In this document: one piece after another, positions 35,692 through 46,950 of the stretch
Layout: every line of letters begins with the position of its first letter
Numbering within the stretch: the stretch's first letter is position 1
Assembly (NCBI GenBank): GCA_951406725.2
Contig: OX597816.1
Coordinates: 168,516,001 to 168,580,000 of the forward strand
Reading direction: 5' to 3'
From: Octopus vulgaris
Lineage: Eukaryota
Length of the DNA stretch: 64,000 bases
The notes under the pieces: model-generated
What the model was told of the DNA's origin: nothing
Databases searched by the model: none
The model's input: the letters and a program-made list of their open reading frames with translations, nothing else
Translations under genes and position numbers: made by a program

Positions 35692-36486
35692 TGCGTGGCC
35701 GTCTACCAGTCGAGGCTGGTAGACGGCCACGCTCGGATGGTGTTTTCTTATGTGTCACCGGCACAGGTGCCAGACGTGGCCGTTCGCCAGCCTCGTCTGG
35801 CACCTGTGCCGGTGGCACATAAAAAACACCATCCGAGCGTGGCCGTCTGCCAGCCTCGTCTGGCACCTGTGTCGGTGGCACATAAAAAACACCATCCGAG
35901 CGTGGCCGTCTGCCAGCCTCGTCTGGCACCTGTGTCGGTGGCACATAAAAAACACCATCCGAGCGTGGCCGTCTGCCAGCCTCGTCTGGCACCTGTGTCG
36001 GTGGCACATAAAAAACACCATCCGAGCGTGGCCGTCTGCCAGCCTCGTCTGGCACCTGTGTCGGTGGCACATAAAAAAAATCCACCAGCCTCGTCTGGCA
36101 CCTGTGTCGGTGGCACATGAAAACACCATCCGAGCGTGGCCGTCTGCCAGCCTCGTCTGGCACCTGTGTCGGTGGCACATAAAAAACACCATCCGAGCGT
36201 GGCCGTCTGCCAGCCTCGTCTGGCACCTGTGTCGGTGGCACATAAAAAACACCATCCGAGCGTGGCCAGTGCCAGCCTCGTCTGGCACCTGTGTCGGTGG
36301 CACATAAAATCACCCACTACACTCTCGGAGTGGTTGGCGTTAGGAAGGGCATCCAGCTGTAGAAACACTGCCAGATCTGACTGGCCTGGTGGAGCCTTCG
36401 GGCTTGCCAGACCCCAGTTGAACCGTCCAACCCATGCTAGCATGGAAAGCGGACGTTAAACGATGATGATGATGATGATGATGATG
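35692..36486 (+). mobile_element. Family C RTE 3' end with an expanded 63-bp tandem array and a 5' inversion
   Basis: 63-nt period (35776, 35839, 35902, 35965, 36028...), one inverted unit at 35711-35776, and a (GAT)n tail. Confidence 0.92.
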
Positions 36487-36496
36487 TTATAACCCA

Positions 36497-36542
36497 TGTG
36501 TATATATATATATATATATGTATAAATATAAATGTATATAAG

Positions 36543-36627
<85 letters not shown>

Positions 36628-36700
36628 GTATGTATATAAGGATCTATAAATATGTAAGTATATATATATATATATAAATACATATGTATTTATATTTATA
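36497..36700. repeat. (TA)n microsatellite
   Basis: Directly visible. Confidence 0.95.
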
Positions 36701-37094
36701 TTTCGATAGTTATAAGTAACACTAGAAATACTCATCTTACCCCTTTCTTATTTTTGTTTTGCTTAGAAGTTTTGAGTCTCATGGAGGCAGTTTAATTACA
36801 AACTTCGCTCTTCCCCTTTTACTAAGTCTTGTTTATTTACCCCTCCCTTAACTATTTCCTACTTGAATAAGCACCAGCCTTACAGGGAATAAGTCCAAGG
36901 CTCAACATGGCCACCGTCAAATGACTGAAACAAGTAAAAGAATAAAAGAATACCAGAAGAACGTTTTCTGAATATGTACGATGTATTCTATGGCTATATA
37001 GTGATTCTGTTTACGTTTGCAGATTGGTTGGATTACATAGTTATCGGTTTTATACTTCTTTCTATATTCTGTAACTGTTGCAATATACAAGTTC

Positions 37095-37291
37095 TGAAAT
37101 TTGTGTGTGTGTGGGGGGGGTCCAGTCGATTAGATTGACCCCAATATGCAACTGGTACTTAATTTATTGACCCCTAAAGAGTGAAAGGCAAAGTCGACTG
37201 CAGCACAATTTGAACTCAGAACGTAAAGACAAATGAAATGCTGCTAAGCATTTCGCCAGGTATGCTAACGATTCAGCCAGCTCACTGCCTT
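37095..37291 (-). mobile_element. SINE family D
   Basis: Homologous to 52842-53058. Confidence 0.8.
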
Positions 37292-37671
37292 TAAATGTCA
37301 CAGTAGAGAAACATTTCTCATGGCACCAGCACACAATCTACAGATGCTTACATTTTATGTATTTTCCATGAAGTTTTCACGGGTCCAGCTAATAAATACT
37401 TAAAATGTAGGGTTTTATATAGCAAAATATACTTTGTTTATAACAAAGGTGTTTATCAAGTAGCAAGAAGTTAAATCAATCAGGTTCCAGATCTTAAATA
37501 TTCCTATGGAAATATGAAAGGAAAATGAAAATGTAAAAGATACATATTTGGAGGAAAGCAAAATTTCAAGGATTTAATTACTGGCATCATCAATGTGGTC
37601 TTAGAAAATGACTTTGGTAGTTTAATATGAAATATTTATGCACTATCCTTTTTTCTAAATACTTCCACTTC

Positions 37672-37978
37672 TTCTATGCCCTTTTCAAGCCTAACCAGGC
37701 TCATAGGCCCAATTTCCCGGTTTCTGTGGTGTATGTGTTCCTCCCAGCTGGACGGGACGCTAGTCCATTGCAGTGTTACTCAAGAAACAGGAAGAGAGTG
37801 TGAGAGAAAGTTGTGGTGAAAGAGTACATCAGGGGTCGCCACCACCCCCTGCCAGAGCCTTGTGGAGCTTTTAGGTGTCTTTGCTCAATAAACACACACA
37901 ACGCCTGGTCTGGGAATCGAAACCGCGATCCTCCGGCCGCGAGTCTGCTGTCCTAACCACTGGGCCATTGCGCCTCCA
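37672..37978 (-). mobile_element. SINE family B, variant tail
   Basis: Family B head and body with a different 3' segment. Confidence 0.85.
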
Positions 37979-38379
37979 CAAATACTCCCTCGATTAAGTT
38001 AAATAATATTCATCTGTAATTTGTGAAAGCTTACATCCACTGTGCTGACCTACCATAACATTATGGAAAATATTGAATTTGAACACAACCAAACCCTTAG
38101 ACTGATATTTTTGAAATCTGAGTCTTGTAAAACTCAATAAAAAGGAGAAGTAAATGAGTAAATGACATATTGTCAGATACGAACTGAAAACTTCTTTCTT
38201 TCATAAACAATTACCCAAACATGATAATAGGCATCAGACATTGTTGCTTTATGGATAAAGCAATTATATCTCAATTTAAAACCAGAGAGTACCCGATTAA
38301 GATATACTAAAGCATGCATTGCCCCTTTTAGATTCTAAGCACAACGAAGTCCAAACGAAGCACAATAACTCTGAGTCAC

Positions 38380-38622
38380 TTCAGAGCAGCTTTAAGTTGT
38401 GATACATACCTTGTCGTGTTATGCGGAGAAAATCCCTGGAGAAGGACATCATGCTCAGAATGGTCAGTGGCAAGAGAGGAAGAGGCCAACCAAGAACCCG
38501 CTGGCTTGATACCATCAAGACTGATACCGGAATGGACATAGCCAATCTGAAAGAAGCGGCCCAGGATAGAACTGATCCAACGGGTAACTGAGAGTCGACT
38601 TCGACTGAGCGGATAGATAGAT
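38380..38622 (+). mobile_element. RTE (BovB-like) LINE 3' end
   Basis: VMRRKSLEKDIMLRMVSGKRGRGQPRTRWLDTIK, a gagtcgacttcgactg stem-loop and a (GATA) tail. Confidence 0.85.
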
Positions 38623-38803
38623 ATACCTTGCATGAATTTCTATGGAAAGAATAATGTATATTTATTAATTACAATTAATTTCTCACGTAACAACAGTAAT
38701 TCCTTTTTTCACTTTCTATTAGAAGAATACAAAGAGTCAAGCATATTTGTTGCTTATCATAATCTTTAATGCATTATTAATTTATTGAAATTTTTATTTA
38801 CAG

Positions 38804-38887
38804 TTTCTCCTGAAGATGCCTTAAACACAAACCAAATGGAAGAGTTCTTTGAGCCAGAAAAAGATTATTTGTTTGACTTTGAAACTG
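38804..38887 (+). CDS. Coding exon 7 of MH2-only protein (acidic)
   Basis: tttttatttacag| ... G|gtaatc, phase 1/1. Encodes (V)SPEDALNTNQMEEFFEPEKDYLFDFET. Confidence 0.82.
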
Positions 38888-38904
38888 GTAATCTTTCACA
38901 TGTT

Positions 38905-39115
38905 TACTCTTTTATTCTTTTACTTGTTTCAGTCGTTTGACTGTGGCCATGCTGGAGCACCGCCTTTAGTCGAGCAAATCGACTCCAGGACTTATTCCTT
39001 GTAAGCCCAGTACATATTCTATCAGTCTCTTTTGCCGAACCGGTAAGTTACGGGGACGTAAACACACCAGCATAGGTTGTCAAGTGATATTGGGGAGACA
39101 AACACAGACACGCAA

Positions 39116-39152
<37 letters not shown>

Positions 39153-39328
39153 CATACATATATACGACAGGCTTCTTTCAGTTTCCATCTACCAAATCCA
39201 CTCACAAGGCTTTGGTCAGCCCAAGCCTATAGTAGAGGACACTTGCCCAAGGTGCCACGCAGTGGGACTGAACCCGGCACCATGTGGTTTGTAAGCAAGC
39301 TACTTACCACACAGCCACTCCTGCGCCT
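38905..39328 (-). mobile_element. SINE family A
   Basis: Full length, about 18 nt after the exon 7 donor. Confidence 0.92.
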
Positions 39329-39596
39329 ATAATTATTTTCACAAATAATCTAAGCTTAACTGAATAATACATGTCAGCATATTATTATTTTAAACTAATA
39401 TTAAGTGGTGAGAATCAAACCCATGCTCAACACATGATCTATTTACAACCCTGCTTTAAATATTTATGAGGTTCAGAGTAAATATTTGTGTCCATGTCAC
39501 TTGATATTTTTTCTTTCTTTTTTCGTCCTGTGCTTCTAGCAATGATATGTGCCCACAGCTATCTGCTGGCTGATTAATCTAAGACATTGTGCACAA

Positions 39597-39990
39597 TCAT
39601 CATCATCATCATCACATTCATCATCATTTAACGTCCGTTTTCCATGCTAGCATGGGTTGGACGATTTTGACTGAGGGCTGGCAACCAGATGGCTGTACCA
39701 GGCTCCAGTCTTGATATGGCAGAGTTTCTACAACTGGATGCACTTCCTTAGGCCAACCACTCTGAGAGTGTAGTGGGTGCTTTTTACATGTCACCTGCAT
39801 GGGGGCCAATCAGGCGGTACTGGCAATGACCTCACTCGAATCTTTTTACACATGCCACTGGCACAGGTGCCAGTGAAGTGACATTGGTAACGATCACAAT
39901 TGAATGGGTGCCCTTTTACATGCCACAGGTATGGAAGCCAGTTGGCTGCTCTGGCAACGATCACACTCGGATGGTGTTCTTGGCACAGGA
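39597..39990 (-). mobile_element. Family C RTE 3' end
   Basis: (CAT)n tail and diverged units. Confidence 0.85.
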
Positions 39991-40004
39991 CTTGCTACTT
40001 CCTC

Positions 40005-40401
40005 CCCACCACCACTCTGGAAGCACTCCGTCAGTTACGACGACGAGGGTTCCGGTTGATCCGAATCAACGGAACAGCCTGCTCATGAAATTAACGTGTA
40101 AGTGGCTGAGCACTCCACAGACACGTGTACCCTTAACGTAGTTCTCGGGGATATTCAGCGTGGCACAGAGAGTGACAAGGCCGGCCCTTTGAAATACAGG
40201 TACAACAGAAACAGGAAGTAAGAGTGAGAGAAAGTTGTGGTGAAAGAGTACAGCAGGGATCACCACCATCCCCTGCCGGAGCCTCGTGGAGCTTTAGGTG
40301 TTTTCGCTCAGTAAACACTCACAACGCCTGGTCTGGGAATCGAAACCGCGATCCTATGACCGTGAGTCCACTGCCCTAACCATAGGGCCATTGCGCCTCC
40401 A
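40005..40401 (-). mobile_element. SINE family B
   Basis: Near-identical to 15499-15888. Confidence 0.92.
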
Positions 40402-40604
40402 CTACTACTACTCTATATAAACTAACGCACACATTATAGCTCCCCTATTTCGATACCAATACTTTGGCTGTAAACTACGAACGCAAAAGAATCTGCTGAA
40501 TAATTATAATAGGAATAATAAACAAAGATATGAAGATAGGGAACATAATTCTTATGAACTGCTTTCTTTATTGTTATTGTTTTTTGTTTTGTTTTTTTTT
40601 GTAG

Positions 40605-40699
40605 ATGATACAGAACATAAGCATGCCAAGCTTGTTGGAGACAAAATGTGGGCAAGAGTGAAATACACTTTAGAAAACATGAGCAATGAGAAAATGTAA
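40605..40699 (+). CDS. Terminal coding exon 8 of MH2-only protein
   Basis: Long T tract + gtag| acceptor, phase 1. Encodes (D)DTEHKHAKLVGDKMWARVKYTLENMSNEKM*. A possible AATAAA lies near 41093. Confidence 0.8.
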
Positions 40700-41424
40700 T
40701 GTTAGAGTTGATGGCTTAAAGCTCAACTGGCATAATTGACGCTATTAATGATTTCATAAAATGAACTCATATTACACAGCCACATACATTTGAACTTTCA
40801 TCCTACACTGCAAGGACACTCTTTTTTGTCAGCTGTCAACAGAAGATTACAATGATTGTACAGATTACCAAAAGTATTACTCGTTCCAGTGGACCTAAGC
40901 AGCATTATTGCTATCAGAATGTCCAGGTTCTTTTTTTGCTTGCATTGTATTATTTTTTTATTCTCTTATTATCTATGCAGACACAACAGCAAATTGGATG
41001 CAGCAATTAACTGCTCCAACTTCACATCAGCTATTTTGCTTTACTACTTGCTGAGAGTTTGTTCTTATTTCAGATACCTTAACTATATTTATAATAAAGC
41101 ATTCTTTTCTTCCCTCTTTAGTTTGCAAATCATTCTCTGCTAGATAGATAGCACATTGGGAATCAAGCTACAAACCCACATCATCCCAGCTCTATAGGAA
41201 GACCTGTACACTGACATTCTTCTGCTGCACACAATTACTTATGTCCTTGATAATTTTGAAAGCCTACTCCATATTCCCTTTGCAAGTCACTATGAATACA
41301 ACACTTATGAGTATTTTTTTAAAGTCCAACCCTGTCATAAGGTCAGGTTGTAGCTTCATTATTGCAATGGGGTTTCAGGGAAGGAGTATCTTAGATTCAT
41401 CTTCATCTTCCAATAATTAGCACC

Positions 41425-41625
41425 ATTCAGCCATGCAGGTAGCACGTAAAAAGCACCCACTACACTCTCAGAGTGGTTGGCGTTAGGAAGGGCATCCAGC
41501 CGTAGAAACTCTGCCAAGTCAAGATTGGAGCCTGGTGCAGCCATCTGGTTGCCAGCCCTCAGTCAAAACCGTCCAACCCATGCTAGCATGGAAAACGGAC
41601 GTTAAATGATGATGATGATGATGAT
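41425..41625 (+). mobile_element. Family C RTE 3' end (short)
   Basis: gcaggtagcacgtaaaaagcacc...(GAT)n. Confidence 0.88.
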
Positions 41626-43053
41626 TCACAGATCTGGAGTTCAGTTTTACTTTGTTTACACAATTGCATTGTCTTTTCTTACCGTCAGTGTGAAAAACAA
41701 CAGGGAGCAACTTCAAGCTGATACTTTTTGAATTGACATAATTGCATTGTAAGGATATTCAAGACTTGTTGGTGCTGGCAGGCATACTCTGGAAGACATG
41801 TCTTGCAATCTTCCAGGAATGCTACAATGGTACATAGCTTCCACGCTAATGACAATCAGCATTATTCCAACCAATGTTGACCAAAAATTGAAGTATATCA
41901 TAGATATTTCTCATGGGGAATCACAGTATGCCTTATGATAACTTCAATTTCATTTCTGTCTTCTCACCCCATGCTGTCCCTTTGCATTGGCCTCTCAATG
42001 CTGCTGTTTTAATCATGCATTTCTCTTCAATGTGGAAATTTTTCTTACTTTAAACACCTTCATCTGTAATGTTAAAGGCAGCAGGAGTTTTGCAGTAGCT
42101 ATATACAGTCAAAATCCTGTAAGGCCTGGTGGGAGGCCAAATGATTCTCATAAGGACTTGCTAGGCCTCTTTTCATTCTCTCAACTATTATTAACAGTAT
42201 TTGATGCATATGAAAAAAAAAGTCATGTTGATATTATACTATGAGCAGTTAGTCCTTGTCAATTTGATCTCAATCTCAATATACTTCTTGGCATCATTTA
42301 AAAGTGGTGCATAGACATTACCTCATCTTTGACCATTGATATACTGTTGGCACTGCCTCTGGAACAGGCCATCCAACTGAGCCATGAACATTTTTGTTCT
42401 TCCTTGTTTCCACTTTAGCAGAGATATCCTACCTAGTTTTGTCAATTAATACACTTCAATACACCTTGAAAACATTTAAATATATTTAAATTTTTTCAAA
42501 GTATAAACCTTATCATTAACCTTACTTAATACATTTAATACTGTAATATTGTTTCCCCTCCAATATTTAATACTGAACATTAAACACCTAAAGTAAGGTA
42601 GATGAGGTTCACATTGAAAAGGTGAAAAGATTAATAGATATTTAATACTGAATGTATTATATGTAGTTGTAAAGGTAAGACTAAGATGTTTTTTTAGAAA
42701 GTCTTTTGTTCATGAGAAAAAGAGTTAAGGTCTATTACTAGTGTTTCCTTGTATTTCGAAGTAGAATATTTTATGCCTAAATTGAGACACAGTTTACCAT
42801 TTGTCTCTGTTCTCAGTGCCATTCAATTTTAGCTGATTTTAAGATTTACATGATGCCTGGTATCATGACAATTTGGTATGTAATAGCCTAAAATATGTAA
42901 AACATATCACACAGAGGCATGTTTCACTTATTGAATGCATTTCTTGATCATGAAGCTTTTATTATCAGCCACTTTTCTCATAAGAAATTTGGTCAATGTT
43001 TAGAAATTTTTTAAAAGTATTTATTTTAAACTTGTGCATTAGATATATTTTAA

Positions 43054-43274
43054 CCCTTTAGCATTTAAACCGGCCATATCCGGCCAAAAGTATTCTGCCT
43101 GTTTTATGTTCAAAATGGCCAGATCTGGTCTCTCACACCAACCCTACAATATCGTTTTAAAAATTAACAGCTACCTCATCAAAATCTCATAGCTACAAGA
43201 TAATGCCTGATTGGTTCAAACCAATGTGGATGAAAAAGCATTAATTTTGGTAGAATAATGCGAACACTAAAAGA
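43054..43274. mobile_element. piggyBac-like MITE
   Basis: TTAA|CCCTTTAGC start, homologous to 361-580. Confidence 0.8.
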
Positions 43275-43839
43275 TTAAAAAAGGCCCAAAACTAAAAACT
43301 ACCTGACAAATCTCCATCTCAAACTTCTATGAGCTTGAACTCCTTCTGAATACTACACATCATTTCTTATTAACACACTAACCACAGATTCTATTCAGGG
43401 TCGTCGAATGACTTTTAGAGGCTCCCTTCAACTTTTTGTTTCGAGGCCCCATCTCTTCAATCAAAGTTCATAATCTTCACACCTTTTATTCATAGCTATA
43501 TTTGACTTTATCCTAAAGAACATCTTTAAAAGTACAATGAGATAAATTTACTTAGGGCTGGAACTATCATATTATTTCATGTTTAGGGAGGCCAACATTT
43601 AATAGGGCTGAATATTTATTCGATGGACTAACAAATATCAGAAGACAAGCATTTCAAAATAACAACTGTAGAGTATAGTTGTCTCAGCTTTTGTATGCAA
43701 AGAAGTTTATTCAAGAACATTGTAGCAAGTTGCATGAACAGAAAGAAAGTGTATACATGCAAATAACATTATGGCATTTAACTTACATAAGAACAAACTG
43801 GTCACGATATGAAATCTAGAAGAAATATACAGTATTTCA

Positions 43840-44050
43840 CATGCTGGGTGAAATGCTTAGCAGAATTTTGTCTACCGCTACGTTCTGAGTTCAAATTCCG
43901 CCGAGGTCAACTTTGCTTTTCGTCCTTTCAGGGGTCGATTAAATAAGTACCAGTTACGCACTGGGGTCGATATAATCAACTTAATCCGTTTGTCTGTCCT
44001 TGTTTGTCCCCTCTGTGTGTAGCCCCTTGTGGGCAGTAAAGAAATAAGAA
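43840..44050 (+). mobile_element. SINE family D
   Basis: Nin/Deu-like core and ccccttgtgggcagtaaagaaat tail. Confidence 0.85.
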
Positions 44051-44992
44051 ATATTCATAATTTAATAAATGCCAAATCATTATGAGAAGGTGTTGCATAA
44101 TAATGCAAACACTTTTGTTGGTCAAAGAGCAAAGGTGTCTGTTTCATTGCATTCTGCCACACTTGGTTGTGCAAGGCTTGCTTATAACCAAAACATCCGA
44201 CAAACTGTCCATTCTATACGAGGACAAACTGCAGACTGATTTTGCCTGTAGTATATTTTGGTGGGAAAAGGACTAACTCAATATTCTTGAGCTCTATCAT
44301 GTGATTGGGCTGGCCAACTGTAGAACACATCAAATATTGTGTGTCTCTGCACATCTCTTTGCAGAGACGATATAGTTCTGCTACAGGTCTATTACAAATT
44401 TCAATAAGTAAAACTTCCAAATATGAATAAAAGAGCACTTTTATAATCCAAGCAACTTTCAAAAACAAACATAGCACACTTTTCACTTTGTGAAATCATC
44501 AATTAGCTCAGAATAATCAAGCTGAGAGCTAAGTTTGTGTTTGATACATATCATAGACAATCCACAAGGTCTTTCCAGTGCCATAGTGGACTGCAGATAT
44601 GATTTAATCAACTTTAATTTGGGAAAACTGCGCTCTCTGCTTGCAACATTCACAGGCATCAAAAGGATAATTCTCAAAGCCATTAACACATTAGGAAAAA
44701 ATCTACATAAGGCTGGATTTCTGAATATAATCGACCACATCATAGACTTTCTTGCATTCAGGGGATAGAAAATGCCAAAGTGAACAAAATTCTTCCACTA
44801 GCTCTGTCTTCTCAATATCTGCCTTGGCAACGTCATCATTGGTACGTACCGTCAGTGCAGCAGAAACAGTTGCACAGTGTTCCAATAGCTTCTGATTTTC
44901 CCAATGTTTCAGTAAAGGAATGTTGTAAAGGAATGCAAGGATGTTATGCTTGCTCAACATATCAAAGTGTTCACCAAAGGAGACAAGAGCAA

Positions 44993-45254
44993 CATCATCA
45001 TCATTTAACGTCCGCTTTCCATGCTAGCATGGATTAGACGGTTCAACTGGGGTCTGTGAAGCCAGACGGCTGCACCAGGCTCCAGTCTGATCCGGCAGTG
45101 TTTCTACAGCTGGGTGCCCTTACTAACGTTAACCACTCTGTGAGTGTAGTGGGTGCTTTTTACGCGCCACCGGCACAGGTGCCAGACGAGGCTGGCAAAC
45201 GGCCGTGATTGGATGGTGCTTTTTATGTGCCACCGGCACAGGTGCCAGACGATG
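44993..45254 (-). mobile_element. Family C RTE 3' end inside the hAT transposase
   Basis: (CAT)n tail plus two repeat units. Confidence 0.88.
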
Positions 45255-46597
45255 AAAATGGAAATGCACTTTCAAATTTTGCAAAGCATCAGCAAGAGGT
45301 TCATCTTTACTTTCATATCCGAAGTGGTGTGGCATACAATGTCTCCTTTCACTTGGCATCTCCGCCAGTATCTCCAGTTGTTCACATAATTCTGTTGTGA
45401 CGTTGACTACTGATGAGAAAAAAAGCATGTCATTTTTTTCTCGATAGCTGTGCAGCAAGGACTGTGTGGATGAGATTTGTATGTTTTCATGTTGAAGAAG
45501 CTTGCTGACCTTATTGACATCAATCAGCTGATCGTACCATATTACCAAATACAGAAGAAAGCGGAAAGAAGAAATTTTTGCAGCTAATGCATTTGCTTCT
45601 GAGTAAGCTGTGGAATCTTCCCCTTTTGAAGCTTTATGAATGCTTATCAATGCGCTATGGATCTCCTTGGTTTTGGATCAATGGGTTTTTATGCTTTCAA
45701 TTTTGCTTTCCCAGCAAGTGTCTGATGGATATTTCACAGTGATTGAGCAGAATTCCTTCAAAGTGTTCCATCTAGAAGTTGATGCAGCAAAGAATGAATA
45801 CACATGCTGCAAGTAACCAAAGAAAGACACAGCCGGTGCTGATGAGCTTGCTGCATTGCAGACAACAAGGTTTAGACTGTGATTCAGGCGAGGTAAATAG
45901 AATGCTCACGGGTTCTTCAATAGAAATCTTGCTTGGACTCCAGAATGTTTTTCCCTTTATATTATTACCATTATCATAACTTTGGCCTCTACAATATATC
46001 AAATCCAGCCCCAATGAAGTGAGCTTCTCCAAGAGTGATTCCAAAAATCCAGCTCCATTTTTGTCGGTTACTTTCAAAAATCCAACGAAGTACTCTTTGA
46101 TTTCGGTTTTGTCAAACTTTTCGAAGTTTGATGAAATGGATGATTATAGTCCTTTGCTCCTGATGGCTGATATCTGGCATGCAATCAAGTATAATGCTGT
46201 AGCATTTTGCAGCCTTTGCCCGATTGATGATTTCTTTCAAAATGTGGTCAGAAATGAGTGATATCAATTCATTTTAACTGTCAGGTCCTAAATAATGATC
46301 CACTGTTTCTGCATTCTGAATACGCCGCAGGTGTTCTACCAAAATGGGATCAAACTTTGCAAGCAACTGCAATTCGCCTACAAAGTTTCCATTACTATGG
46401 AAACACCACGAAAGGCTATATTCCTCTCTGCTAAAAACAGAAGTTTCTAAGTTCCACAATGTCAATATGAATGCCGTCAGATATAGTTTCTGGCCAAGAT
46501 GCAGGGTCAGAAGTGATAGTGGTTGCACAACCATATTTTCAGCAATAGGTAAAGGTTGTTGATGACATGCATCATATAAGTCCTTCATCAAAATCAA

Positions 46598-46950
46598 TGG
46601 AAACTGCAGTTGTGATCCCTGAACTGGTGGCACATAAACAGCACCATCTGAAGGTGGCCGATGCCAGTGCCACCTCGACTGGCTTCCGTGCAGGTGGCAC
46701 GTAAAATGCACCAATCCGATCGTGGCCGTTACCAACCTCGCCTGGCACCTGTGCAGGTGGCACGTAAAAAGCACCCACTACACTCACGGAGTGGTTGGCG
46801 TTAGGAAGGGCATCCAGTTGTAGAAACACTGCCAGATCAGACTGGAGCCTGGTGCAGCCTTCTGGCTTTCCAGATCCCCGGTCGAACTGTCCAACCCATG
46901 CTAGCATGGAAAACGGACGTTAAACGATGATGATGATGATGATGATGATG
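46598..46950 (+). mobile_element. Family C RTE 3' end inside the hAT transposase
   Basis: Three repeat units plus (GAT)n tail. Confidence 0.88.

Noticed and set aside
35776-36310. CRISPR-like regular array
   Set aside because: The units are identical end to end with no unique spacers, there are no cas genes, and the context is a eukaryotic RTE 3' UTR.
35654-36459. Long ORFs on both strands (up to 231 aa)
   Set aside because: They follow from a stop-poor 63-nt (multiple of 3) repeat and are not a gene.
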